Source of the DNA: Squalus acanthias | Taxonomy: Eukaryota | Assembly (NCBI GenBank): GCA_030390025.1 | Contig: CM059431.1 | Span: 95,544,001-95,608,000, forward strand | Length of the DNA stretch: 64,000 nucleotides | Direction of reading: 5' to 3' | Shown: positions 38,081-51,399 of the stretch, one piece after another | Layout of the letters: each line of letters opens with the position of its first letter | Position numbering within the stretch: position 1 is the stretch's first letter | Program-made: the position numbers and the translations under genes | Notes under the pieces: model-generated | Databases searched by the model: none | Seen by the model: only the letters and a program-made list of their open reading frames with translations | What the model was told of the DNA's origin: nothing

Positions 38081-39800
38081 TTCCCCATAGCCCTGCAAAT
38101 TTTCACCCTTCAAATATTATTCCAATCCCCTTTCAAAAGTTATTATTGATTCTGCTTCCTGCACCCTTTCAGGCAATGCATTCCAGATCATAACTCGCTG
38201 CATAAAAACATGTTTCCTCATGTTACCGCTGGATATTTTGCCAATTTCCTTAAGTCTGTGTCCTCTGGTTACCAACCCTTCTGCCACTGGAAACAGTTTC
38301 TGCTTATTTATTCTATCAAGACTCTTCATGATTTTGAACACCTCTATCAAATCTCCCATTAACCTACGCTGCTCTAAGGAGAACAACCCCATCTTCTCTA
38401 GCCTCTTTACGCAATTGAAGTCTTTCATCCCTGGTGCCAGTCTTGTACACTTCCTCTGCATCTTCTCTAAGGCCTTGATATCCTTCCTAAAGTGTAGTGT
38501 CCAGAATTGGATACAATACTCCAGTTGGGGCCTAACCAGTGTTTTATAAAGGTTTAGCATAACTTCATTGCTTTTGTTCTCTATGCCTCTATTTATAAAG
38601 CCAACGATCCCATATGCCTTTTTAGCAGCCTTCTCAACTTATCCTGCCAACTTCAATGTATTTGTGTACATATAACCCCAGGACTCTCTGTTCCTGCACC
38701 CCCTTTAAAATTGTATCATTTAGTTCATATTGCGTCTCCTCACCCTACCAAAATGAATCACTTCACAATTCTCTGTTAAATTTCATCTGCCATGTGTCTG
38801 ACCATTTCACCAGTCTGTCTATGTCCTCCTGGAGTCTGTTACTATCCTCCTCACTGTTTGCTACATTTCTGAGTTTTGTGTCATCTGTAAACTTTGAAAT
38901 TATGCCCTGTATACCCAAGTCCAGGTTATTAATATATATCAAAAAGAGCAGTGGTCCCAACACAAACCCCTGGGGGACACCACCGTACACTCCCTCCAGT
39001 CTGAAAAATAACTGTTCACCACCACTCTTTGCTTTCTGTCCCTTAGCCAATCATGTATCCACGCAGCCAATTTTGTTATCTGCTAATTTTTTTCTCATAC
39101 ATTCTCTTTGCCCCTCTTGTTCATTTTTCAGTTCTCGTCTGCATTTTCTGTATTCTGCCTGATTCTCTACTGCATTACGAAACTGACATTTATCACAAGC
39201 CTCCTTTTTCTGTTTAATTTTAATTCCAGGGAGCTAGCTCTAGCTTTGGATGCTTTTCCTTTCCCCCTCATAAGAATTTATTTAGTCTGTACCCAAACTA
39301 TTTCATCCTTTAACCTTTGCATATTTACTGTTTTACCTGAAAATCTTTGTTTCCATTCCACCTGGACCCGATCCCTTTTCAACTCTCAGAAATTAGCCCT
39401 CTTCCAATTGAGTTGTCCTTTTCCACAACTACTCTAAACCTAATGATATTGTGAGTACTGTTTCTCAAATGTTCTCCCACGGAAACATGCTCCACTTTCC
39501 CCACTTCATTCCCCAGAACTAGATCCAGCTCTGATTCCTTCCTATGATCAAGAAAATTCTCTTGTACAATTCCTCCCCCTCCTTATCCTTTACACTGTTC
39601 CCCCGCCAATCTATATTAGGATAATATAAGTCCCCCGTTATCACTACTCTATTATTATTACATCCTCCTGAAATGTTCTTGCTGATTTGCTCCTCCATAT
39701 CCTTCCCACTATTTGGTGGTCTATAGAATACAGCCAGTAGTGTAACATCACCTGTTCTGCTCCTTAACTCTAACCAAATAGATTCTGTATTGAACCCCCA
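38081..39800 (-). mobile_element. Decayed CR1 fragments
   Basis: LYKTLVRPQLEYCIQFW, GVPQGFVLGP and FYRPPNSG on the minus strand. Confidence 0.8.
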
Positions 39801-40335
39801 TGCATAGATTCCCTTTCCAGGGCTGTAACAATGGTCCAGAACTTGCTGGAGCAAGGCATCTGTTATTTAGACATTTTTTCTCCACCCTCCAGCTCAAACA
39901 TTTTTTAACCGTAACTTGCTGGAAATGTGAGCTGATAATGGCAAGGAGAGGGCAATGAGGTATCTGGGACCTCAGTGAATAGTGGGACCAACAATGTATT
40001 AACTTAACCAATGAGATTGAAGGATTGAGAAAGATGATTGAGACAGAGGAACAATTGAGAAGGAGGGTGAATTAGAGTGAGTGAATTAGAGTCAAATCAG
40101 GTACAGAAAGAGAAATAAAGAGGGAAATAAATATTACAGAGAAAAAAGAGAAATAAAGGAAAAGAAAAAATATAAATATTTTAAATTTTACATCTCTAAG
40201 AACAATTTATCACCTGAAGGAAGGAGACTCCACAGTTTAAATTGTTCAATTCCTAGGCCTGAAATGTTGAATGGCATTACATTAACAATTATTATGTTGT
40301 TATAAAGGCATTTATGCTGTTAATTACCAGACTTA

Positions 40336-41228
40336 GGGGTAGAAATTAGGTCGCGCCCCATTTGGGGCGCAAATATCGTCTGGACGCAAATATTAGCGCC
40401 TGGCGCTAATTATCGGCACTGACTGGAAACTTCACTTTTACTGCCCCGGGAGGTGAGTGGAGCGCTAAAGCAGGCGCTGCACACCTGTCTTAAGGCGCAA
40501 AGGCCAAGGAGTGAGGCGCTAACTCAAAGCGCTGGCGAAGCTCATGTAATGTCAGTCAGCAATGGAACACACACACAATGGCACGGGCCAGTTCTTAAAG
40601 GGGATGGTTAATCTTGCTTTCCATCCACATCCTGTTCATTGCAGCCTTGAATCTCGGCCTGGAGAGACTTGCACATCAAATGTGCTGGAAAGAACAATGG
40701 AGAGTACCAGGCAAAGAGCTCAGAGTGCAGCTCCCACAGTCTCTGCTAAATCGATACAAGGAATGGCAAATCAAAATGAACCTGCAAAGTGCTGCTCAGT
40801 ACCCAAAACTCCTTCACACAACGTTGAATCTCTCCAGAAGTCTCTCCCTCTCTCTCTCAGAATGCATAGTTCAAAAATGCCACCAACAATAAAAGACAGG
40901 AAGAGGCCCCCTTTAAATAGCGCCACCCCCAGCCCCACAGCGATTGATAGCGTTCCAGTCTTCTGGTCGTTGGATGCGCCAGGCGGTAAGGCAGGGGGCG
41001 CCACTCAATTTCCGCTCCGGGGCGCCACAAGGGCGTTGCACCATGGAATGACGTCACAATCTGCGCGCGCAGGTGGTTGCAGCGGTAAGTTTTAGCGCCG
41101 CCGCACAATCTCAAGTTAAGTTCTCGAGCGGCGCAAACATCGCTGCGCCCGGGCGTTAGCGGCTTTGCGCCCCATTAGCGCCCTCTTAAGGCGCTAACGG
41201 GAGGCGCAACCAACTGAATTTTTACCCC
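40336..41228. mobile_element. Harbinger MITE family A, copy 3 (opposite orientation)
   Basis: TIR GGGGTAGAAATT / AATTTTTACCCC, with canonical TSD TTA at 40333-40335 and 41229-41231. Confidence 0.88.
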
Positions 41229-41239
41229 TTAGATTCATA

Positions 41240-43183
41240 GGCCGGGAAATTCGATAAGGCCTGAAAATGGGCGGGGCTCCACAGGGTAAGATTTGCTCGC
41301 GCCTGTTTAGAAAGCACAGGCAGCATGTTAATTTGGTGCAGCCTGCTAATTTAAATGATTTTAGTGCACAGCCCAGCAACTTTCGTGCTGCTGATAGGCT
41401 GTGCGCTCAGCAGGAGGCTGGATGACGCTGTATTTTCTTAAAGCAAGGCTGTCAGTTTTGAAGGCAGTCTCGAGCCCTTCAAGGTGAACTGTCTTCTGAA
41501 AAAAAATTAAAAATCATTGAATACTAGGCAGGCTCTAGCCCTTAACGCTGAACAACGTCGGCAAGAAAAAATTAAAAATTATTCCAAAATAGCCAGTCTG
41601 CAGCTCTTAACCCCCAGGACCTGGCTCCACTGACCAAAGAACTGCCTTCTGCACATAAAAAATGGTAAAGGTGCTTCAGCACTAACACAAATGGCTCAAC
41701 AGGCCAGTGAAAGGGCACCCAGGGTCTCAGACGCAGCACTCGAGCTTTGTGCAGAGGGTCAACACTGGGAGAGGTCCTCTACACACAGAGGACCTAGCCT
41801 CACCTCACCCCCTTGGTGGAGACAGTGCTGGCCATTCTTGGCTAAGGCATGGTTGAGCCCTTGGCTAGTGGCGGGACTGGAAGAATACAAGGTGCTGGTA
41901 TCCTCATATGTTATCCTCCTTCTCACATCCCACTTCCCCCTCATCCCACAATCTCTTCTGATTTACAAGCTGCACATGGTGTAAGCATGCACCTCTTGCT
42001 TTACCACCCCACCCTCCCCTTAACCTTGCGCCTTCCTCATTTCAGACACCCAAGAAATCTAGCCTGCCCAGCCAGTGGTTGACCAAAAAGAGGGAGAGGA
42101 GAGCGAAGAAGAAGAAGGAACAACGTCACTCGATTTCACCCTCCCAGCTACCAACTCCTCAAGGTCGTCCTGCAAGGCTATCTGCAACGTCCCCCACTGA
42201 AAGTCAGCAGCCTTCCACCAGCCATGTTGCAGTCACTGGGGTAGCACTAGAATAGGCAAGGCGGACACAAGACAGTCACTAAGGGAATGCACAAGGGTGA
42301 TTAGTTGATTTTTTGATGTAATATTGGATACATATATGGATAAAGTTGGATTGGAAAGTTTGGTTTGTTGTGGCTTTTATTTCAGCATTGTGGCCAAGAG
42401 GACGCTGTGATGGTCAGTAACAGAGGGAAGGGAAGGTGTGGGACAAATGTTGAAAGGGGAATTGAGGTTGTGGTCTCTGGGACCGCAGGTGGATGATTTG
42501 AAACCAGAGATTCCGGTCAGAAAGGGGCTTTCTGGGTTGACTCCTTCCTTCTGTTTCTTCCTCTTCTGCTTCATCCTCTTCTACTTCCTCCTCCCTCTGC
42601 AAGCAGCTTGTCCCCTTTGCTGCCTCTGTTGCATTTCCATGTGATGCTGCAGCCCAAGGAGGACTGCAAATAGAGCCCCCAGGATTTGGAGCAAGTGGTG
42701 TTCTCAGAGGTCTCCCTTTCTTTGCAAACGTCCAGCAGCACTCCCTGCACACTTTAACAACATTTTAAATGTATTGCACTAAGCCACTACGCCAATAAAA
42801 TGTAAAAAGTCCAAATGCAAAAATCTAAACTTACCTGAAAGTTGTGTGTGTCCCTTTAAGAAGTACTGACAGTGTTTCTGTTATACTGCTGCATGCACGT
42901 TCTTCCGTGCGTGGTTTGGAGAGGTTAAAAGCAATGACGTTGAAAATCACAGATTGTGCGTCAATTCAGGCGTTCCACACAGATTGACGTCACGATCTAC
43001 ATCATTTACATGTAGATGATGTCACGATCTCCGGGGCGCAGGAGATCGAGGCGGTAAATTCCGACCATGGAAGTTCACAGGCATCGGTAATTTCGCCGCG
43101 CCCGGTCGGTAAGCCCTTAGCAGCCCGTTCTCACCCCCCCGGAGGCGCTAATGGGAGGCGCAAAGGAGGCCAATTTCTCCCCC
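41240..43183. mobile_element. Internally deleted Harbinger related to 14944-18195
   Basis: Myb start MAQQASERAPRVSDAALE and segments homologous to 15.8-17.3 kb. Right end AATTTCTCCCCC resembles the MITE A terminus. Confidence 0.72.
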
Positions 43184-43760
43184 TAGGAGTCATAAATATA
43201 AGATAGTCACTAATAAATCCAACCAGGAATTCAGCAGAAACTTCTTTACTCAAGAGAATGGTGAGAATGTGGAACTCGCTACCACATGGAGTGGTTGTGA
43301 CGAATAGCATAGATGCATTTAAGGGGAAGCTAGATAAGTACATGAGATAGAAAGAAATAGAAGGATATGTTGATTGGGTTAGATGAAGTAAATAGAGTGG
43401 AAGGAGGCTCGTGTGGTGCATAATCACCAGCATAGAACCATTTCACTGATAGTCCTGTTTCTGTGCTTTCAATTCTATGTAATTAAGATATTCACAGATG
43501 GAGGCCATTCAGCCTAACCTCAATTAAATCTCCCCTTAAGCTTCTCTGCTCTAAGGAGAACAATCCCAGATTCTCAGTCTCTCCACGTAACTGATGGCCC
43601 TCATCCCTGGTATCATTCTGGTAAATTTCCTCTGCACCCTCTCCAAGGCCTTGACATCATTCCTAAAGTGTGCTGCCCAGAATCGGACACAATACTCCAG
43701 CTGAGGCCTAACTACTGATTTATAAAGGTTTAGCGTAACTTCCTTGCTTTTGCACTCTAG

Positions 43761-46700
43761 GGGCCCGATAATAACTTGGAGTCAGGAAGGGAGCGGGGAA
43801 GAAGGAATTGCGGATTGGAAACCGTAAGTAAGAAATTCCCGCAATTCCTGCCGAATTTAACAGCAGGACCTGTTTTAAATTATCTCAACAGCTTCCAGCC
43901 CGACAGTCAGCCAGATTGAAAGGCTGGCTCTCTGTCGGGATGGAAAGCAGCTGGGTAGCGGACATAGCGGGGGGTGGGTGAATCGGACATCTGGAGGGTG
44001 TGGAAATTGGGTGCAGGGGAGGAATTCGAACAAAGCTTTTTACATTAGTGGTTTGGTATTTTTCAATTTGATCATAATCAATGGGTTGGAATATAAACAG
44101 GATAACAAATAGGTTTCATTGTACAAAACAAAAATCTTAGCTGTTTGGAGGAAATGAATAAGTATATAGTTCTGTAGAACTGATGGCAGTGTACTCTGAT
44201 TATTGCGAGGATCACTTAGGTTCCACCAGAGCACCCATCTAACAACCACATGCAAAAGCACCTTTTGTGCTACCCTCCACCCCCCACAATGCCACTAACA
44301 CAAAGCAGCCCTGCGAACAACCAAACATCCCTTTCACAGCCTCCCATTGGTTGCTGTCAATTCATGTCTTCCCATTCATCATCAAACAACTGAAAAGGCC
44401 ATTTACCAGCCAGCAACCCAGAATTTGGCAAGACGGCAAAGTGGTGCAAAAGAATAATATTTATGTGCTTCAAATACACAGCAGAAACTCAACAATATAA
44501 CAATGTCTAACGCACCCATGTGCATACCCTCGTGCAACTACAAATATTTACTCTTCCTTTTCCTAGCGCTTCTATGTGGTGCAACCTCTGTGGTTTCAGC
44601 CAAGGTAGAGGCAAGCTACTCAGATCCCTGCTCAGACTGTTGAGTTGCTCTTGGCCGATGTCCTCTGGGTTTTGAAGCCTGTGATGGCACCACCTGTGCA
44701 GGGGCAGACTCGGCCATCGGGACATGAAGCAGCACGTCGGGTACTGAGTGGGGGGGGCAATGGGTGAGAGGTGGAAGCGCCTTGTGCGGAGTCCCAACTT
44801 CCATATCCCCTTTTGCCATCATCCCTCTCATGGCCCAGCCTCACTTCCCTGCTAGCAATGAGCTGCAAATCAGTGGGGCGATGAACGGCCAAGGCTAGGG
44901 TATCGTTCATCCTATTTAAGGTGGCATCCAGAGTGTGCAAGCCATTGTTGAACGCCTGCATGTACTCTTTTGATTTCCGCGTTTGATGCTCCATGCAGTT
45001 AGCCACTCCATCCATGGAAGAAGACATCATCGCAAAGGCCTGCGGTAGCATGTCACTTATGCTGGAGACGGACTCCTCTAATCTCTCTGCAATCGTGTAC
45101 AGTGCGCTTGGAGCGCCTGTCAGTACAACGCACATTCTCTGCTGCTGCTCAATAAGTATCCTGGTCATTGACGGCCCCTGGGGTACAGCATCTGTGTCCA
45201 GCTGAGCAGAGCTTGGAGAGTCCTGCGCCCTCTGACACAGACTCTCCACTACTGTCCCTGACTCTGCCGTCTGCTCTTGCTCACTTGTGAACTGCAAGTC
45301 ACCATGTGAAAGCCAACCATCTCTCTAACCACTACCACTGAAGTGCGAGTAAAAAAAAGACTTGCATTTATATAGCGCCCTTCACGACCACCGGACGTTC
45401 CAAAGCGCTTTACAGCCAATGAAGTACAGTCACTGTTGTAATGTAGGAATGTGGCAGCCAATTTGCACACAGCAAGCTCCCACAATCAGCAATGTGATAA
45501 TGACCAGATAACCTGTTTTAGTGATATTGGTTGAGGGATAAATATTGGCCAGGACACTGGGGATAACTCCCCTACTCTTCTTCGAAACAGTGCCTGAGAG
45601 AGCAGACTTGGTTTAACGTCTCATCTGAAAGATGGCACCTCTGATGAGTGTCAGCTTAGATTTTTGTGTTCAGGTCTCTGGAGTGGGACTTGAACCCACA
45701 ACCTTCTAACTCAAGAGGCGAGAGTGCTACCAACTGAGCCACGGCTGACACACCATTTTGAGCTGGTGCATGGTTTGCATAATTCCTGTGATGGTGAACC
45801 CTCAGAGGGAGTGAGCTCCTCTGAGGAGTTGTCGTCATCGTGGGCGACCTCGACCACCTCCTGATGGATGTGTGAAGGCCCTGTGAGAAATAAAAGACAT
45901 GAATGAGACTGTCAAGATAAGAATGTTTGAAGTTATCATTATGCATATGATCATATTTCACTCGCTGTTGACATGAAGTCATCATGACTGAGTGTTGAAT
46001 GCCATGTGGTTGTCTGATATTTAATTCTGTCACCAGGTAGCTGATAGGCCCCCATCTGTCCATCTCTGACGGTCAGGCATGCCGAGACTCCGCTGATCTC
46101 CAGCTGACCTCTGTAGCTGAATCTGTGGAGAGCCTCTGGTTCTCTGCCTCTCCCTGTAATGGCATGTGTTCACCCGATGGATGGAGAGCATTTGTTGAGG
46201 GTAATTACGATGGATAGGCATGACATTGCATAAGGATGAAGGAGAGTATCAGTGGTGGATGGATAGATGGGGATGTGAAGAAGTGCACAGACAGAGAGGG
46301 ATGGGTGCATTTTCAACGTAAGTTGGTGTGAGAGTGATGTGCTGGAGTAGGCTTGAGAAGGCAGAGTGAGGAGGTTGGAATAATACGCACATCAGGGTGT
46401 AGGGCAATGTGCCATTGCTCTCACCTGACCTGCCTAAGTCATTGAAGCGCTTCCTGCATTGGATCTAGGAGCTTGCCACCACGCTCCTGCTGATGACCTC
46501 CTTGGCAACATCTAACCACAACTTCTTTGTCTTAGCAGCAGGCTTTTTCCTCCTGTTACTAGGGAACAGTATCTTCCTCCAGGTCCTCACAGCCTCCAGC
46601 AACACATCCAAGGAGGCGTCCCAACTCGATTCTAACACTTCTTTCTCTCCCCATGACAACGCCGACTGCTTCAACTTCCATGCTTGGAGTGTCCCTTTAA

Positions 46701-46902
46701 ATACTAGAGTTGAGATCGTGTCATGCGGATCGTCATCATGCCCGCTGACGCTAATTGGACAGGAAACCCAGAAGTAAAATGATAATGAGGTGGCTGAGTT
46801 AAAAAGTCACTGACAGATGCACTGCACATATTTCCGGGTTTCCCAAGTGCTTTCGGTCCCCTCTCCCCACTCCCAGCGCGTCTGCGCATTAACATCCTGC
46901 CC
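43761..46902 (-). mobile_element. Decayed Harbinger with Myb gene on minus and no clear transposase
   Basis: Contains DASLDVLLEAVR...KKLWLDVAKEV...CRKRFNDL. The exon 3 region (44.5-45.9 kb) is homologous to 5.1-6.0 kb. The left boundary is uncertain. Confidence 0.7.
45350..45752 (-). mobile_element. Deu-domain tRNA SINE, second copy, inserted in the Harbinger Myb exon
   Basis: Homologous to 12893-13365. A box TGGCTCAGTTGG and B box GGTTCAAGTCC on minus. Confidence 0.8.
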
Positions 46903-48040
46903 ATAGAGTCTACCGCGCAGAAACAGGCCATTCGGTTAAACTGGTCTATGCTGGTATTTATGCTCCATACGAGCCTCCTCCCACCTCTCTTCATCTAACG
47001 CTATCAGCATATCCTGCTATTCCTTTCTCCCTCACGTGCTTACCTAGCTTCCCCTTAAATGCATCTATGCTATTCCCCTCAACTACTATGAAAGGTTTTG
47101 ATAGAGTAGCTAGAGAGAGAGTGTTTCCACTTGTGGGGGAAGAGCAAAACTAGAGGCCATCAATGTAAGATGGTTACCAAGAAATCAAATAGGGAATTCA
47201 GAAGAAACTTCTTTACCCAGAGAGTGGGGAGAATGTGGAACTCGCTACCACAGGGAGTGGTTGCGGCGAACAGTATAGATGCATTTAAGGGGAGGCTAGA
47301 TAAGCATCTTCTAAGAAGAAGAAGAGATAAGCATATGAGAGAGAAGGGAATAATGGGTTATGCTGATAGAGTTAGATGAAGAAAGACGGGAGGAGGTTCA
47401 AGTGGAGCATAAATGTTGACATGGACTGGTTGGGCCGAATGGCCTGTTTCTGTGCTGTATATCCCATGTAATTCTATGTACTCTTTGTGGTAGTGAGTTC
47501 CATATTCTTACCATATTTTGAGTAAAGAGGTTTCGCTTGAATTCCCTACTGGATTTATTGGTGACTATTTTATATTTATAGCCCCTAGTTTTGGTCTCCC
47601 CACAAGTGGAAACAATTTCTCTACGTCTACCTTATCAAATTCCTTCATAATTTTAAAGACCTCTATCAGGTCACGCCTCAGACTGTTTTCTAGTAAAAAG
47701 AGCCCCAGCCAGTTCAGCCTTTCCTGATAAGTATATCTTTTCAGTTCTGGTATCATCATTGTGAATCATTTTTGCACCTTCTCCAGCACCTCTATATCCT
47801 TTTTATAATATGGACCAGAACTGTGCACAGTACTGTAAGTCTGGTCTAACCAAGGTTCGATACACATTTAACATAGCTTCTCTGCTTTTCAATTATATCC
47901 TCCAGGAATGAACCCCAGTGCTTGGTTTGCTTTTGTTATGGCCTTATTAACCTGCCTCACTACTTTTAGTGCTTTGTGTATCTGTACCCCTAGGTCCTTT
48001 TGCTCCTCTACTGCATTTAGGCTCTTATTATCCAAGCAAT
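46903..48040. mobile_element. Short CR1 3' fragments in both orientations
   Basis: Contains FFTQRV..WNSLP and CR1 tail sequences. Confidence 0.7.
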
Positions 48041-49391
48041 TAAAATATTCTGTTACAATAAATGCTCAAATACAAGTTAAAAAGTCACTGACAGATGCAC
48101 TGCACCTGCTACTCCAAAAAAGTTTGATTTTAACCTGCTCTTCTCAGCAGGTGGCAAAGGCACTCGCCTCAAGGAGGCGGAGTTCTTCTTTAAGTATGCA
48201 GGTCATGGACCTCTGACGTTGTGACGCCAGGTGAAGACTGCGAGAAGAGAATCCAGAACCAAAAGAGGCCATTAAAGGCGAGTTTTTTTTTTACTTTCCT
48301 TGTGGAGCCACGAGGACCTGGAGTGCTCCTACAGGCCCCACAAGGAAAGTTTAGGCCTCCCCACTCCAAGCTTCTCACCTGCTCCTTCCCTCCCTCGAGA
48401 TCCTCCTGAAACCAACCTCTCCATCACTTATCTTGCCAACAAGCCAGCCGGTGGTGTCAGCCGGCCTTTGGTGTCAGTCAGTGGCCTCCTGCCGCCTGAA
48501 CTTCCACTCCTGCCCGCTGGTTAGCAGCCACTTTCTGCCTGTTTCGGGCGGGCGGAGTTAAAATTTCCCAAGCCTCACAATGTTGACGTCAGGCTCCGTC
48601 TACCAACCACCCAAATCCTCCTTCCAGTTAAAATTCCATCTAATGTGTCTGAAAGGAAATCTAAGCCTGCTCTGGGATATTTGCTTGGGCTATGTTCTCT
48701 CAATTAAACCTGAATGTATCTTTTCCTTTGTTTGACTTCTTATTCTATACTTTTCAAGCTGCCCGGGGGGCACAGAACTGGGTAGTATAACCATTTTACT
48801 TTTTGGGGAGAGGGGGCAGGCATTGCAAGAGGGGTGAAGAGGAAGGTGTAGAAGCACTAGACAGAGATGTAAGTAGTAAAGCATGGTACATGGATCACCA
48901 ATAAATTTTACCAGTTTAAAGTTCACAACTGGATTCAGTGCAAATATCCACATTCAATAATTTGTTTAATTTTTGGAGCTAAGTAAATGAGTTAAACAGC
49001 GCACAACAAACAGCTCCTAACATACAGCACAACCAAAGATGGAGGAGCCATCCAATGCAGTTTCGGTTGATGAGATATCGGATGCAAGGGTAAGTTTTGT
49101 GAGAGCCCCAGACACAACTAGTACATGTCGGAAAATCTCGGGAATTGGGAATTGTTCTGAAATGCGTTGGCTGCCTTCAAGGTGTAAACTAGTTGCAAAG
49201 TGGGTCCTGGTGTTTTATGCCTGCGCAGAATGTCTGTGACTGTCTGGCCAGAGAACCTGTGTGAAGTACTGGTGTCATGATGCCAGCAAATCAGTGAGAC
49301 TTGATAGATTTCCGGGGCTGCCTTCAAGGCCCCTCTGGTGGCATGGAGCCTTGCAAGCTTTACTCTGTTAGCAGGATTTTTCTGAGGGTAG

Positions 49392-50170
49392 AGATCATAG
49401 AAATTTACAGCACAGAAGGTGGCCATTCGGCCCATCATGCCTATGCTGGCTCTTTGAAAGAACAGTCATGCTTAGTTCCACACCCCCATTTTTTGTCTGT
49501 AACCCTGTGAGTTCCTCATCCTCAAGTACCTGTCCATCTCCCTTTTAAAATTATTTATGGAATCAGATTCCACCACCTTTTCAGGTAGAGCGTTCCAGAT
49601 CCCAGCAACTCTCTGAGTAAAAAACTTTCTCCTCGAGATCTTTTGCCAATCATTTTAAATCTATGACCTTTGCTTATTGACCCACTTGCCAGAGGGAACA
49701 GCCTTTCTCTATCTAGTCTATCAAAACCCCTAATCATCTTGAAATCCTCTATAGCTCACCTTTTAACCTTCTCTGGTCCAAGGAGAACAGTCATAACTTT
49801 TCCAACTTCCTCTCATAACTGAAGTCCCTCATCCCTGGAAACATCCTGGTAAACCTCCTCTGTACCCTTTCTAAGACCTTTACACCTTTCCTCAAGTGTG
49901 GTGCCCAGAATTGTCCACAATACTCCAGCTGAGGCCTAACCAGTGATTTATAAAGTTCTATCATGATCTCTTTGCTTTTATATTCTATTCCTCTATTTAT
50001 AAACCCAAGTAACCCATATATTTTTTTTAACCACCTTATCAACTTGCCGTGCCACCTTTAAGAATTTGTGTATATGGACACAGATCTCTCTGCTCATTGA
50101 CACTTTTCAAAATTGTGTCATTTATAGTATACTGTCTTTCCATATTAGTCCTCCCAAAATGCATCACTTC
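49392..50170 (-). mobile_element. CR1 3' fragment
   Basis: Contains LYKSLVRPQLEYCGQFWAPH. Tail at about 49392-49410. Confidence 0.82.
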
Positions 50171-50249
50171 ACAAAAGATCTTTCCCTTTTCAAGGGCTGT
50201 TGCTGGTTAACGTGTACCAAAAGTCCATACCAAAAGAAATGTGGCTTAC

Positions 50250-50349
50250 CAGTAGCGGACTGTCCTTTTCTGTCCTGGAGTTTGAAATATTCTGCATATG
50301 GAAGGCAAGAATAGATTCTGCTTGTCCCTTCAGGACAGCTTCTGCGGCC
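50250..50349 (-). CDS. BCL9: BCL9 100-bp coding exon (C-terminal half of HD1)
   Basis: AAEAVLKGQAESILAFHMQNISNSRTEKDSPLL matches the BCL9 HD1 segment. Acceptor TTTTTCTGACTATAG| and donor CTG|GTAAGC. Ends in phase 0, in frame with the exon starting at 11957. Confidence 0.92.
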
Positions 50350-51399
50350 CTATAGTCAGAAAAAGAAAATAAACTCCTTACAATTAGCAATAGCGCATTC
50401 ACATCAAAAAACCTGCTTAGAAAAGAACTTAAAGGTGATGTCTTACTGCAGATTGAAGGCTAAATCAGTTATGCTCCCTGAAGTGGCAGCTTGGACATCT
50501 GATCACTGATGACATGCAGGAAAATGTGTATTGGTAAGATTTTTTGCCAATGGAACATCGCGCATAAACATAAGAATAAGACTGACTCCTGCCCAGGGTA
50601 CAGATTAATATTGTTTTGTAATTCATTAAATTCAGGAACCGAAGGCAGCTGCTGCCTACATGTGAAAGCTATATATTTTATAGCAATTCAAATTGTGGAA
50701 TCAGCATCGTGATTGTTGGTTATTTACAAATTAGTGGACCCACATTCTTTTGCGGGGGTGGGGGGGGGGGGAAGTTAATTCTAAATCCTGATAAACTGAA
50801 ATTAATTTAGCATCAACTTTACTCAAGGCCAGAATCCACAATAAATCAATTTAACAAATCAGTTTAATCAGTTAAATAAATCAGTTTAACTTGCATCCTG
50901 GTTGTGTGCTTTATGTGGCATATACAGAATAATTATCATTTAATTGCTAACTGGTTTCAAAGTGATAGGCTATTGGAAACATAAATTACCCCATTAACAG
51001 GATCCTTATGCCGATAAATAGGAGCCCTAACTTTCTGCGGCAAGTTTAATTTGTATTTACAGCGCAAATACAGCTATTTCTTAACACTCATGGGGTGGTT
51101 GATGCTGATCTCCCGTTGTTGCAAGGCTAACGGGGGAGCGTCCAGCAATTTGCGGCCATTCACAACTCACGCCGTATCTCTTCCTTGCCACAAATTGCTG
51201 GATATTTTACACAACATGCAACTTCAACTTACCGTTATTTTGCCAGCAAATTCTGGCCCAAGATATTTAAATTAGGGTCCTGCATTTTCCATTTTGGACC
51301 ACCCTGTGCTTCACTCCCCCTGTGCTGACCTCATAAATCACAATGTGGTACTAACCAGCATGAAAGCCACCTCACCAGTGCTATTTAATGACATCATGC

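Noticed and set aside
39833..51259. Giant TIR element capturing the BCL9 100-bp exon (GGTCCAGAACTTGCTGG ... CCAGCAAATTCTGGCCC)
   Set aside because: There is no matching TSD, and the two ends appear to overlap in homologous internal sequence. They are better explained as two separate decayed MITE copies.
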